In this document: one piece after another, positions 10,015 through 20,087 of the stretch | Layout: each line of letters starts with the position of its first letter | Position numbering within the stretch: the first letter of the stretch is position 1 | Assembly (NCBI GenBank): GCA_963832165.1 | Contig: CAWHTE010000004.1 | Span: 608,001-672,000 of the forward strand | Direction: 5' to 3' | From: an uncultured delta proteobacterium | GTDB lineage: Bacteria > Myxococcota_A > UBA9160 > SMWR01 | Length of the DNA: 64,000 nucleotides | Translations under genes and position numbers: made by a program | Notes under the pieces: model-generated | Told to the model about the DNA's origin: nothing | Database searches by the model: none | What the model saw: the letters and a program-made list of their open reading frames with translations, nothing else

Positions 10015-11172
10015 CTACTCTCCGATGGTCGCGAGCCGCGTGACCGGTCGCGCGCTCGGCGCGGCGGTCAGCTCGCGATAGAGGTGAAGTAGACGCTCCG
10101 CGACGACGGGGAGCGAGTAGTCGGAGGTGGCGCGCTCGCGCGCGCGGAGCCCGAATTGCTGCCGCAGCGCCGAGTCGGCGAGTACGGAGGCGAGCGCATC
10201 GGCGAGCGCGATCGGGTCGCCCGGCTCGACGAGCCGTCCGCTCCGCCCGTCTTCGATCATCTCGCCGGCCGCTCCGACGGACGTGGCCACGATCGCGAGC
10301 CCGGCCGCCATCGCCTCGAGCAGCGCATTCGAGAGCCCCTCGCTGCTCGACGGCTGCGCGAACGCGTCCGCTGCGCGGAGATACGGCGTGACGTCGGCGA
10401 CGTCGCCCGTGAAGCGCACGCCGGGCGGCGCTGCGCGGCGCAGCTCGGCCTCACAGGCGCCGCCGCCCAGGACGGCCAGCTCGGCCTCGGGATGCGCGAT
10501 CCGCACCCGCGTCCACGCCGCGAGCAGATCTTCGACGCGCTTCTCCGGCACGAGTCGTCCCGCGTAGACCACGAGCGGATGATGGCTGAAGCCGAGCCGC
10601 GCGCGCAGCTCCGCGCGCTCCTGCGCAGTGGCGGGTCGGAATTCCTGCGCATCGACGCCGTTGGGGATGAAGCAGCGCCGCTCCGGCGCCACGCGCAGCT
10701 CGTCGAGCTCCGCGTCGATCTCGCGGCTGATCGAGATGAAGCGATCGATGCCGCGCGCGAGCGCCGCCGCGCGGCGCGCGCCGAACGGCTTGCGCCGCAG
10801 CCGCACGGCATCTCCGAACAGCCCGCCGCGCAGCACCTTCACGACGGTCGGCACGCCGAGCACGCGTTTCGCGAACAGCGCCACGGTCGCGGGGGAGAAC
10901 AGGCTGTAGGCGTGCAGCACGTCGGGTCGCGAGCGCACGAGTCGCAGCGCGGCCTCGGCCGCGAAGCTCTGGCTGGCTCCGGCACCGGGTCGACCCAGGC
11001 GCCGCACCGGCACGTCCGCGATCCGCTCGCTCCGGGGCAGACCGGGCACCGCGCGCGTCCACACCTCGAGATCGACGCCGCCCGCGGCGAGCAGCGGCGC
11101 CACGCGCGCGAGCTGGTGCTGCGCGCCACCCGTGATCGGGTGGTAGTCGAGGATCGGCATTACTACGCGCAA
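10015..11172 (-). CDS. Glycosyltransferase family 4
   Basis: TTG start after GGAGGAG; GGAQHQ, IPNGVD, GRLVPEK, EGLSNALLEA. Confidence 0.9.
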   Translation of the reverse strand: MRVVMPILDYHPITGGAQHQLARVAPLLAAGGVDLEVWTRAVPGLPRSERIADVPVRRLGRPGAGASQSFAAEAALRLVRSRPDVLHAYSLFSPATVALFAKRVLGVPTVVKVLRGGLFGDAVRLRRKPFGARRAAALARGIDRFISISREIDAELDELRVAPERRCFIPNGVDAQEFRPATAQERAELRARLGFSHHPLVVYAGRLVPEKRVEDLLAAWTRVRIAHPEAELAVLGGGACEAELRRAAPPGVRFTGDVADVTPYLRAADAFAQPSSSEGLSNALLEAMAAGLAIVATSVGAAGEMIEDGRSGRLVEPGDPIALADALASVLADSALRQQFGLRARERATSDYSLPVVAERLLHLYRELTAAPSARPVTRLATIGE

Positions 11173-12311
11173 CGAGTCTCCTCCCGCGCGGGCAGGACCC
11201 GGTGAGCATGGCGCGTTCGGATCACCTCGGCATAGAGCGCCACGTGTCGTTTGGCCCATGCCTGTGCGCCGAAGTGCGCGCTCGCGCGCGCTCGGCCGCC
11301 TGCGCCGAGCTGCTGGCGCTGGGCGGGATCGGCGACGAGCTCTGCGATCGCGCTCGCGAGCGCCGCGGGATCGCGCGGGGGCACGAGCACGCCCGAGCTC
11401 GCGTCGAGCACGCGCGGCACATCCCCCACGTCGGTGGCGACCACGGGCAGCCCGGCGGCCATCGCCTCGAGCAGCGCGACGGGCATTCCCTCCCAGTGCG
11501 AAGAGTTCACATAGAGGTCGCTCGCCGCGAGCAGACGCGACACGTCCGTGCGCAGGCCGAGCAGGCGTGCGCGCGGTGCGAGGCCAAGGCTCTCGATCTC
11601 GCGCGCGACGCTGTCCACGAGGCGCCCGCGTCCCGCGATGCGCAGCTGGGGTGCGGGGCCCGGACCCACGGGGAGCTTTGCGAACGCGCGCACGAGGTCG
11701 CTGTACGCCTTCTGCGGCACGACCCGTCCGACCGCGAGCAGGAGCGGCGCACCTTCGGGAACGCCGAGCTCGCGGCGCACCTCGGCGCGCTCGTGCGGCG
11801 ACAGAAGCGCAGGCTCCCCGACCGCGTTCGGGATCACGTCGATCACGCGGCCGACCTCGCGCTCGTGGACGCCCGCGGTCTCCCAGCCCACGGCGATCAC
11901 GCGATCGGCGCGACGCAATATCCACCGCTCTGCGATCTGCAATGCGCGGCCCACGTTGGTGCTGCGCCGCGTATTGTGCAGCGTGACCACGAGCGGTGTG
12001 CGCGTGAGCTCACCCGCGAGGCCCGCGAGCACGGTCGAGCGCACGAGGTGCGCGTGCAGGAGGTCGAAGCGCTCGCCGCGGATGAAGCGCAGCAGCGCGT
12101 GGGCGCGTCGCGGATCGGCAAAGCTCCGGGCCGGGAAGGTCACTACGCGCACGCCGCGGTCGCGCAGCTCCGCCTCGGAATCGGGGAACTCGCGCAGCGT
12201 GATCACGGTGAGCTCGACCAGGCGCGGATCGAGAGCCTCCGCGAAGGTGTGCTGCAGGCGTTCGGCCCCGCCGGTCACGTGCACGCGGTCGATGATCTGC
12301 GCGATGCGCAT
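11163..12311 (-). CDS. Glycosyltransferase family 4
   Basis: MRIAQIID...GGAER, IPNAV, GRVVPQK, EGMPVALLEA. Confidence 0.9.
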   Translation of the reverse strand: MRIAQIIDRVHVTGGAERLQHTFAEALDPRLVELTVITLREFPDSEAELRDRGVRVVTFPARSFADPRRAHALLRFIRGERFDLLHAHLVRSTVLAGLAGELTRTPLVVTLHNTRRSTNVGRALQIAERWILRRADRVIAVGWETAGVHEREVGRVIDVIPNAVGEPALLSPHERAEVRRELGVPEGAPLLLAVGRVVPQKAYSDLVRAFAKLPVGPGPAPQLRIAGRGRLVDSVAREIESLGLAPRARLLGLRTDVSRLLAASDLYVNSSHWEGMPVALLEAMAAGLPVVATDVGDVPRVLDASSGVLVPPRDPAALASAIAELVADPAQRQQLGAGGRARASAHFGAQAWAKRHVALYAEVIRTRHAHRVLPAREETRCA

Positions 12312-12313
12312 GG

Positions 12314-13699
12314 TCACGCCTCGCTCGTGCGGCGGACCAGCACGCGCGCGAGCGGTGTCGAGTAGACAGTCGAGACGGGAGCCGACAGCCCGCGCAGCGC
12401 CATCGCGATGCCGACGAACAGCCAGAAGAAGCGCGGATAGGCGAGGTGCAGGAACGTCGATCCGATCAGGAAGCCGATGAACGCGATGCCGAGCGCGGTG
12501 GCGAGGTGGACGTGGTCGGTATCGCCCGCGATCGCGAAGGTCCGGCGCGTGTGCTGGATCCCGGTCAGCGCGAACGCGAGCATGCCGCCGAGCACGGCGA
12601 GACCCACGAGACCGTTCTCGGCCGCAATCTCGAGATATAGACTGTGCGCGGCGCGCTCCTCTCGGCGCCCGTCGAGTGCGATCACGCGCGCATACTGCGG
12701 GTAGTGGATCTCGTAGTTGCCGCTGCCCACGCCCAGCAGCGGATGGTCGCCGAACATCATGGCTGCGGAGCGCACCTCTGAAAGCCGGCCGCGAATCGCG
12801 GAGTCGTCCACGTGGTGGCCGCGCAATCCCTGCCAGACCTGATTGAAGGTGCCCATGCGCTGGACGTAGGTGTCGGGCAGGAACGCGATCCCGATCAGCG
12901 CGAGCGGCGCGCACGCGAGCGCGATCCGGGGCCAGCGCGGCACCGTGAGCAGCATGAGCAGCGCGAGTGCAGCCAGCGTCAAGAACCCCCCGCGCGAGTA
13001 GGTGAATCCCATCGCAGCGACGATCGGCACGAGGCTCGCGAAGGCCGCAGCGCGCGCGACCCGCGCGCGCGCGTGGAACACGCGGTCGGCGGCAAGCGGC
13101 ACGAGCGCCACAAGGATCAGCGCGAAGTAGTTCGGGGAGAGCGGTCCGGCGCTGCGCAGGCCCTCGGTCTCGTCGAGCAGGTTGCGCAGCTCGCCGCGCG
13201 CGAAGCCGCCGTAGGTCGAGCCGAAGTTGCCGGTGAGCGTCTGGTGCACGGTCAGGAGCGCGAGGAACGCACCCGCGGCGATCAGCGCCCACACGAGCGG
13301 CCCGAGCTGCTCGCGCCGGCGCAGGAACAGCGTCGCGATCAGCACGATGAACAGCGCATCGAAGTAGTCGAACAGCGACTCTGCGGCGCGTGTGGTGTCG
13401 GTCGCGTACAGGAACGAGGCGAAGATCACCGCTCCCCAGGCCACGAGCCACCAGAGCGCGCCCTTCCACACGTTGCCACCCGGCTCGCCCGAGAACGCCC
13501 AGCGCGCGAGCGCGAACGCCACCAGCGCGGGCGCCAGGAGCATGAAGAACGAGGGCAGGCCGTACTCCGTGCGCAGCGTGTCGGGCGCGTTCGTGTAGAT
13601 CACGGCGGCGAAGTAGGCCGGAATCCAGGCCGGGCGGAACGCGCACACGACCGCGCCTCCGGCAATGAACGCGAGCGCGAGCAGGGCTGCCGGGTGCAT
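12314..13699 (-). CDS. O-antigen ligase / Wzy polymerase family membrane protein
   Basis: About 12 TM helices; SPNYFA, TYSRGG, HPLLGVGSGNY, AHSLYLEIAAENGLVG. Confidence 0.88.
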   Translation of the reverse strand: MHPAALLALAFIAGGAVVCAFRPAWIPAYFAAVIYTNAPDTLRTEYGLPSFFMLLAPALVAFALARWAFSGEPGGNVWKGALWWLVAWGAVIFASFLYATDTTRAAESLFDYFDALFIVLIATLFLRRREQLGPLVWALIAAGAFLALLTVHQTLTGNFGSTYGGFARGELRNLLDETEGLRSAGPLSPNYFALILVALVPLAADRVFHARARVARAAAFASLVPIVAAMGFTYSRGGFLTLAALALLMLLTVPRWPRIALACAPLALIGIAFLPDTYVQRMGTFNQVWQGLRGHHVDDSAIRGRLSEVRSAAMMFGDHPLLGVGSGNYEIHYPQYARVIALDGRREERAAHSLYLEIAAENGLVGLAVLGGMLAFALTGIQHTRRTFAIAGDTDHVHLATALGIAFIGFLIGSTFLHLAYPRFFWLFVGIAMALRGLSAPVSTVYSTPLARVLVRRTSEA

Positions 13700-14878
13700 C
13701 AGCTCTCCTCGAGCGCGGGTGTGATCGCGGGCGCGCGCTCGGGAACCCACGAGCGATGGCGGCGCCCGCGCGCGACGTCGGCGAGCGCGAGCACGCCCGC
13801 CAGCAGCACGAGATCGAGATAGAGCGGCAGCGCGAGCGCGCGCGGAAGTCCGTGATCGCGCAGCCACCAGCCCGCGAGCGCGGCGCCGTGCGCGATCGCC
13901 TGGGCGATCGCCGCAGCCGCGTAGAGGGGATGGCTCGGTGCGAGCGCGACCGCGCACACGAAAGCCAGCGCGACAGGAATGCCCAGCGCGCGCCGCAACA
14001 CCTTGTGCGTGAAGAGCTGCAGCGCATAGAAGCCGTGGCGGCGCGGATCGAGCAGCGCGCGCCGCTCCCAGACGCTCGCGAGGCCGCGCGCCGCCACCCG
14101 CACCTTGCGCCGGAACTCCGCACGCGCCGAGCGCTGGACGGGTCCCGTCGCGATGGCATCCTCGGCGAACCACAGCCGCCGTCCCGCTGCGATCGCGCCC
14201 GTGGAGACGAAGAAGTCGTCGGTCACGCCGTCGGGAACGGGCTCGAACAGCTCGGCGCGGATCGCGTAGAGCTGGCCCGTGGCCGAGGTCATGCTGCCCG
14301 CGCGGCACTCGAGCCGCTTCCAGAGGCGGTCGAAGCTCCAGTAGGCGCGCTCGCCTTCGCCTCCGGTACCCGCATAGCGGAAGTCGCCGCCCACGGCGCC
14401 GATCGCGGGGTCGGAGAGCGGCGCGACGAGCCGCCGGATCGCGTCGGGCGCGAGGTGGCTGTCGGCATCGCTGAACACGAGGACGTCTCCAGTCGCTGCT
14501 GCGACCGCCTCGTTCAGCGCCGCGTTCTTGCCCAGGCGGGGCAGCGAGAGCAGCCTGCGCGAGGGACCGTCGGGAGCGGCGGCCCAGAGCTCGGCGACGC
14601 GTTCGTCGGTGCCGTCGTCGGATCCGTCGGAGGCGAAGATCACCTCGAGCCGATCGGCTGGATAGTCGATCGCCGCGGTATTGGCGAGCTTCGCATCGAC
14701 TTCGGCGCGCTCGTTGTACGCGACGATCAGATAGCTCACGCGCGGGCAGCGCACCCGTGGCGCGCGGCGCGCGCGCCGGGAACAGCGCGCGCAGCGCGAG
14801 CACGAGCGGCCAGCCCAGCGCCGTGTAGAGCACGAGCGCGACCGACGCCCAGAACAGCGCGGCGAGCACGGCGCTCAT
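13699..14878 (-). CDS. Glycosyltransferase family 2; +1 frameshift at 14744-14746
   Basis: N-terminal TM (MSAVLAALFW...) in one frame, then IVAYNE, DGSDDGT, GKNAALN, FSDAD, TDDF, RRKVR in the next; removing one G of GGG joins them. Confidence 0.85.
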
Positions 14879-16138
14879 CCCGACACCTCGCTCGCGGCCA
14901 GCCGCTCCACGCGTGCGCGCGAGGACACGCGCGCGAGCGCGCCCGCGAACAGCTCGCACAGCCGGTCTGCGCTGCGATCGATATCGAACTCGGCCTCGAC
15001 GCGGAGGCGCCCCTCGGCGCCGAGCCGGCGCCGCAGCGCGGGATCGCCCGCGAGACGCCAGAGCGCGTCGGCGAGTGCGTTCGCATCGCTCGGGTCGACG
15101 AGCAGTCCCGTGTGTTCGTGGACGACGAGCTCCGGGATCCCCGAGATCGCGGTCGCCACGACCGGCTTCCCGAGCGCCATCGCCTCCATGAGCGCGACCG
15201 GAATTCCGTCGCGGCGGCCCGCCGCGGTGACGACGCTCGGCAGGGCCACGGCGCTCGAGGCCGCGATCAGCGCGAGAGCGCGTGCGCGCGGCTGGGGCCC
15301 GTGCAGCACCACGCGGTCGGCGAGCCCGAGCGCGGCGATGCGATCCGCCAGCGCGCTGCGGTCGCGGCCATCGCCGACGAGATCGCAGCGCACGTCGACG
15401 CCGCGGCGCACGAGCTCCGCGCATGCGTCGAGCAGGCGTGCCTGGCCCTTCTTCTCTTCGAGCCGCGCGACGCACGCGATCCGGAACGGCCCGTCCGCGG
15501 GATCCCGCGGTCGGCCGGATCTGGGCGGTCGATACACCGCAGTGCACCACCTCGATGCGCGGCGCGTGTGCGCCGAGCCGGTCGAGCAGGAAGCGGCGGT
15601 TGTACTCCGAGATCGCGACGACGAAGGCGGCGCGGCGCGCCTTCTCGACGAGCATGGTCTGCTGCACGAACAGATCGTCGGCGTGCGTGGTGAAGCTGTA
15701 CGAGAGCCCGGTCAGGCGGTGGACGATCCAGGCGCCGAGCGCCGTGTGCGTGGCCCAGTGCGCGTGCACGTGTGCGGCACCGCGGCGCTGCATCTGCAGC
15801 GCGTAGCACGAGGCGAACACCGCCACCGCGATCGAGCGCACGAGCAGTCGGGTCGAGCGGCGGTGCTCCCAGAGCACACGCGCCCACACGCCGAGCAGCG
15901 CGCGCGGCGCGCGCGCGAGCCACACGAGCTGGGCGAGCCACAGCGCGGGAGACCACAGCGGCGCAACCGTGCAGCGCTGCGCCCATCGCTCCGCTTCGGG
16001 ATGGGAGACCGCTTCGCGCGCGCGCACGAGCGCGAACAGCTCCACTTCGACGCCGCGGCGCTCGAGCGCGAGCAGCTCGTCGAGGATGAAGCTCTCCGAG
16101 AGCTTGGGAAAGCGCGAGACGAAGTAGGCGACCCTCAC
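14875..16138 (-). CDS. Glycosyltransferase family 4 (WcaL-like); +1 frameshift near 15505-15515
   Basis: SRFPKLSESFI, HVHAHW, FTTHADD, VHCGV, then VARLEEKKG and DGIPVALMEA in the adjacent frame; GTG start overlaps the flippase stop. Confidence 0.85.
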
Positions 16139-17661
16139 GAGCGCGCCCCTTCGAAGCTGGGCTGGCGGCGGTCGAGCGCGTTGCGCAGCACCGCGAGCCC
16201 CGTGGCCACGAACTGCCTCGCGAGCACGCAGAGCGCCAGTGCGTAGACGAGCACGCCCGTCGCGATACCGGCGACGAGCTGGACCCAGCCGGGCTGCGCG
16301 GCGAGGCGCGCGTTCACCGCATACACCGCGACGGCCATCGCGCCGCACGCGAGCAGCACCGGCACGGTGCGGCCGAGCATGGCTCCGACCGGCAGGCCGA
16401 AGACCGAGCGCGCCATGCCGAGCTCGAGCGTCATCATGACGAGCGCGACGCCGGCCTGCGCCCAGCCGACCGCGGTCGCACTGCCGCCATGGACGGCCGC
16501 TGCCCAGAGAGCGGGAACCGCGAGCGCGAGTCGAATGAATCCGAGCCGCGTGAGCATGTCGGGGCGTCCCAGCGCCTTGTAGAGGTCGCCGATGTTGAAC
16601 GACACCGAGACGAACAGCGCATACAGGCAGATCGGCGGCACCACGGGCGCCACGTCGATCCACTTTTCCGAGAAGGCCGTGACGACGACGGGCTCCGCGA
16701 GCAGCGCGAGGCCGACGGCCATCGGCGCGGTGACGGCCAGCACGTAGTTCGTAGTGGTCGCGAACGCGACGTCGACCGAGGTTCGCTCCTCGCGAAGCTT
16801 CGAGTAGATCGGCATGAGCACCTGGCCGAGCACCGCGACCAGATTGCGGATCAACAGGTCCGGCAGGCGAAACGCGAGCGTGTAGGTGCCCAGCGCGGCC
16901 GCTCCGAGCACGCGCCCGACCACGAGATAGTCGAAGTTGCGCACCGCGGCGCCGAGCGTGTTCACGGCGACGAGGTGGCCGCCGAACGGGATCAGTCCGG
17001 CCGCTGCGGTGCGGTCGAAGATCAGGCGCGGGCGCCAGCGCAGCACGTACCAGTAGACGGGCACCGACGCGAGCGCGCCCCCGAGTGTTCCGCCCACGAG
17101 GGCCCAGGCGCCGAAGCCCGCGAACGCGAGCGCGATCGAAGCGATGCCCTTGAACAGCGATCGCGTGAGCTCGGGCAGGATGCTGTTCCGGAACGCGAGC
17201 CGCTTGCGCAGCATCGCGCCGTGCACGTTCGCGAGCGCCTCGATCGGGAAGATCAGGCCCATCGCGCGCGTGACGCCGACTGCACGCGCGTCGTCGAACA
17301 GGAATTCGGAAAGGGGAGCCAGCACCCAGACGATCGCGGTGCCCGCGAGCGCGGCCGCGAGCCCGAGCCAGAACCCCGTGCTGCGGTAGCGCTCGTCGTC
17401 GGCGTGATAGATCAGCGCGGGTCCGAGCCCGAGCGTGGGGACCGGCCCGAACAACGCCATGAGCGTGAGCGCGTACGCCGCGACGCCGAAGTCGTCGGGG
17501 TCGAGCAGGCGCGCGAGCACGATCGTCGACACGAGCACCATGCCCTTGCCGGCGAACTCGGAGGCGAAGCGCCAGCCCGCGCCGCGGATCGCAGCGGTCG
17601 CGATCCCGCTGCGCGGGTGCGCAACGGGCTCATCGCCCGCCGTGGGGTGCACGTTCAGCAC
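16135..17661 (-). CDS. wzx: Wzx-type polysaccharide flippase
   Basis: VLARLLDPDDFG, GFGAWALV, NFDYLVVGRVLG, LGTYTLAFR; multi-TM; start approximate. Confidence 0.88.
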   Translation of the reverse strand: MLNVHPTAGDEPVAHPRSGIATAAIRGAGWRFASEFAGKGMVLVSTIVLARLLDPDDFGVAAYALTLMALFGPVPTLGLGPALIYHADDERYRSTGFWLGLAAALAGTAIVWVLAPLSEFLFDDARAVGVTRAMGLIFPIEALANVHGAMLRKRLAFRNSILPELTRSLFKGIASIALAFAGFGAWALVGGTLGGALASVPVYWYVLRWRPRLIFDRTAAAGLIPFGGHLVAVNTLGAAVRNFDYLVVGRVLGAAALGTYTLAFRLPDLLIRNLVAVLGQVLMPIYSKLREERTSVDVAFATTTNYVLAVTAPMAVGLALLAEPVVVTAFSEKWIDVAPVVPPICLYALFVSVSFNIGDLYKALGRPDMLTRLGFIRLALAVPALWAAAVHGGSATAVGWAQAGVALVMMTLELGMARSVFGLPVGAMLGRTVPVLLACGAMAVAVYAVNARLAAQPGWVQLVAGIATGVLVYALALCVLARQFVATGLAVLRNALDRRQPSFEGARS

Positions 17662-18758
17662 CCCCCGCGCGATCGGAAAACCTCGCCCACCGTGAGGAAC
17701 AGAATCTTCAGGTCGAACCCGAGCGAACGGCGATCGATGTATTCCATGTCGAGGCGCAGCCGCTCGTCGAATTCGGTGTGGCCGCGGCCGACCACCTGCC
17801 AGAGGCCCGTGATGCCCGGGACGACGTCGAGGCGCGCCGTTTGCCAGACCGCGTAGGTCTCGGGTGCGAACGATGTCGGCCGCGGACCGACCCACGACAT
17901 CTCACCGCGCAGGACGTTGAGCACCTGCGGCAGCTCGTCGAGGCTCGACTTGCGCAGGAAGCGGCCGAGTCGCGTGATGCGGGGATCGTTCTCGATCTTG
18001 AAGTCGGGCCAGGTCAGCTGATTCAGGTGCGCGTAGGTCTGCTTCAGCTCCTCCGCGTTCGGGACCATCGTGCGGAACTTGAACATGGGGAAGCGCGCGC
18101 CCCCGCGTCCCGTGCGCTGCTGGAGGAAGAACACGGGCGCGCGCGGAGCGCTGAGCTTGATCAGGAGCGCGACCAGCGCGATCGCGGGCAGCCAGACCGG
18201 CGCCGTGAGCACGCTGAACAGGACATCGAAGGCGCGCTTGAGGGATGCGGCGCGGCGGTGCGTCGCGTGGTCGAGTCGGGTCACCCGGTCGGTGCGAATC
18301 CACGCGGACTCGGTCTTCTCGAGTGGGGGGCCGGGCTCCTGGTGCCCGCGCGCATCGACCACGGCGAGGTCGATCAGGTCGTCGAGCACGAGCGCGTCGA
18401 GCGGGAAGGTCGCGGCGCCGACCCGCACCGGGGCCGGTGCCACGGTCTTCCAGATCCGCTGGGAGAGCTCTTTCGCACCCTGGGCATTCGTGGAGGGGCA
18501 GAACACGGCGTAATGGCCGGCTCCATCGCCGTTTCCCCAGCGCAGCAGCAGGTCGGTGCGGCGCAACGTCGCCGCAACATCATGCTCTATCTGCCCAAAA
18601 TCCGGACTCTCTGGGGCGCTGTCCGTCGCGATCTCGAGCGCGACGACGCTGAACTCCTGCTCGGTTCGGCGGCTCAGCGCAAACAACATTTCTGCAAACT
18701 CGAGCTCGACGGAGCTCGTGGGGGCAGAAATCGGACGCACATGGGTCGGGTTCAACAC
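17655..18758 (-). CDS. Priming phosphoglycosyltransferase (bacterial sugar transferase) with an N-terminal degenerate GGDEF-like domain
   Basis: C-terminal [45 protein letters not shown]-terminal [11 protein letters not shown]...AVFCP...VGAATFP pattern of a GGDEF fold. Confidence 0.9.
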   Translation of the reverse strand: MLNPTHVRPISAPTSSVELEFAEMLFALSRRTEQEFSVVALEIATDSAPESPDFGQIEHDVAATLRRTDLLLRWGNGDGAGHYAVFCPSTNAQGAKELSQRIWKTVAPAPVRVGAATFPLDALVLDDLIDLAVVDARGHQEPGPPLEKTESAWIRTDRVTRLDHATHRRAASLKRAFDVLFSVLTAPVWLPAIALVALLIKLSAPRAPVFFLQQRTGRGGARFPMFKFRTMVPNAEELKQTYAHLNQLTWPDFKIENDPRITRLGRFLRKSSLDELPQVLNVLRGEMSWVGPRPTSFAPETYAVWQTARLDVVPGITGLWQVVGRGHTEFDERLRLDMEYIDRRSLGFDLKILFLTVGEVFRSRGGC

Positions 18759-18919
18759 AGCAACTACCTATGAGGAGCAACGAATCCAGCCGGGGGGCTG
18801 GCCACAACCGATGCAACAGCCGTACCTAAGGAATCTTTACGAACCCCGATACCGCGTGTCCATCATATTCGGGTGTACTCGACCCCCCAGCTGGTGTCGG
18901 ACTCCCCACACAGAGTCCC

Positions 18920-18936
18920 CAGGCCGGGAAATTGCA
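18920..18936 (+). promoter_or_regulatory. Candidate sigma-54 (-24/-12) promoter for wza
   Basis: AGGCCGGGAAATTGCA: GG-N10-GC with TTGCA, in the AT-richer divergent intergenic region, ~110 bp upstream of the ATG. Confidence 0.4.
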
Positions 18937-19048
18937 AGGCTTTCGCCCCGGTAGGTGACGCTGGGCCGGCGGCGGGTTACACCCGTGAATCAGATCGTGC
19001 GAAGTTCCGAGGCCGGGCAGATGATTGCGGTCCCGAGGGAGTTACCGA

Positions 19049-19663
19049 ATGCACTTTCTACACTCCAAAATGACCTGGTTGCCGCTCGTCGCGGCGTTCG
19101 TCGGCCTCGCGCTGGCCTGCGCGAGCCGGCCGGTAGCTCCGCCGCCGCCCGATCCGGACCCGAACCAGCCGGCCGAGGCCTACGTGATCGGCGTGAGGGA
19201 TCTAATCCGGATCAGCGTGTGGCAGAACGAGGAGGCCACCGTCGACGTTCCCGTGCGCCCCGACGGCAAGGTGACGGTGCCGCTCGTCGGGGACGTCGTG
19301 GCGCGCGGCCAGACCCCGGAGCAGCTCAAGAACGCGATCACGAAGCAGCTCTCGAAGTCGATCGAGTCGCCCGACGTCACCGTGATCGTGCTGGAGATGA
19401 ACAGCCGCTTCGTCTCCGTGGTGGGACGCGTGATGACGACCTCGCGTGTGCCCGTCTCCGAGGATCTGCGCGTCGTCGAGGCGATCGCGCTCGCGGGCGG
19501 ATTCGACGAGTTCGCCGATCGCGGCGATATCCGCATCGTCCGCCGCCAACCCGACGGGAAGGAGGTGGAGTACCACTTCGACTACGACGCCTACATGGCC
19601 GGCCGCGCTCCGGGCTCGAACTTTCTGCTGCGCTCCGGCGATGTGATCTACGTCTCCGATTGA
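19049..19663 (+). CDS. wza: Polysaccharide export lipoprotein (Wza/OPX family)
   Basis: Lipobox LALAC; YVIGVRD, VRPDGKVTVPLVG, EAIALAGGF, LRSGDVIYV; RBS GAGGGAG. Confidence 0.9.
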   Translation: MHFLHSKMTWLPLVAAFVGLALACASRPVAPPPPDPDPNQPAEAYVIGVRDLIRISVWQNEEATVDVPVRPDGKVTVPLVGDVVARGQTPEQLKNAITKQLSKSIESPDVTVIVLEMNSRFVSVVGRVMTTSRVPVSEDLRVVEAIALAGGFDEFADRGDIRIVRRQPDGKEVEYHFDYDAYMAGRAPGSNFLLRSGDVIYVSD

Positions 19664-19682
19664 TCGATTCCCGGCAAACCGT

Positions 19683-19973
19683 TCATCCCGTACTAGTCGG
19701 GAAGACCACGGTCGTCTCGCGCACCTCGTAGCGCGCGAAGATGCCCTGGGTGACGTAGGGATCGCGCTCGGCGATCGCGCGCGCTTCGGCGAGGCTCTCG
19801 GCCTCGAACACCACCACGCTGCCGAGCGGAGCGCCGTCGTCGCCGAGCATCGGTCCCGCGTGCCGGATCCGGCCCGCACGCGCGAGACCCTCGAGGCCTG
19901 CGAGATGCGCGGGGCGGTGGACCTTGCGCAGCTCGCGGCCCTGCGGCCCGTCGTGTCCGATCAGGATGAACAA
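19683..19973 (-). CDS. YciI family protein
   Basis: RPAHL, AGP, GSVVV, DPY motifs; TTG start, or ATG at 19978 if one base is missing. Confidence 0.85.
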   Translation of the reverse strand: MFILIGHDGPQGRELRKVHRPAHLAGLEGLARAGRIRHAGPMLGDDGAPLGSVVVFEAESLAEARAIAERDPYVTQGIFARYEVRETTVVFPTSTG

Positions 19974-20034
19974 GGCATACGGTTTCTTTCGCGCGGCTCA
20001 ATTCGAGTCGCGCAGATCGGAAGCCACCGTTCGA

Positions 20035-20075
20035 CTTCGCTCGCCTTCGGCTCGCTGCGCGCGCCCTTCGGGCGC
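20035..20075. repeat. REP-like repeat, short copy (27-bp core plus CTTCGG hairpin)
   Basis: CTTCGCTCGCCTTCGGCTCGCTGCGCG matches 22324-22350 (reverse) at 26/27 and matches the core of the 100-bp element. Confidence 0.75.
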
Positions 20076-20087
20076 TTGCGACGGGCA

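Noticed and set aside
12314..16663. Apparent 1449-aa GT/ligase fusion ORF
   Set aside because: Artefact: the frameshifts place parts of three separate genes in one open frame; each has its own coupled start
18799..18815. Second sigma-54-like site TGGCCACAACCGATGCA
   Set aside because: GG-GC spacing is 11 nt, not the required 10
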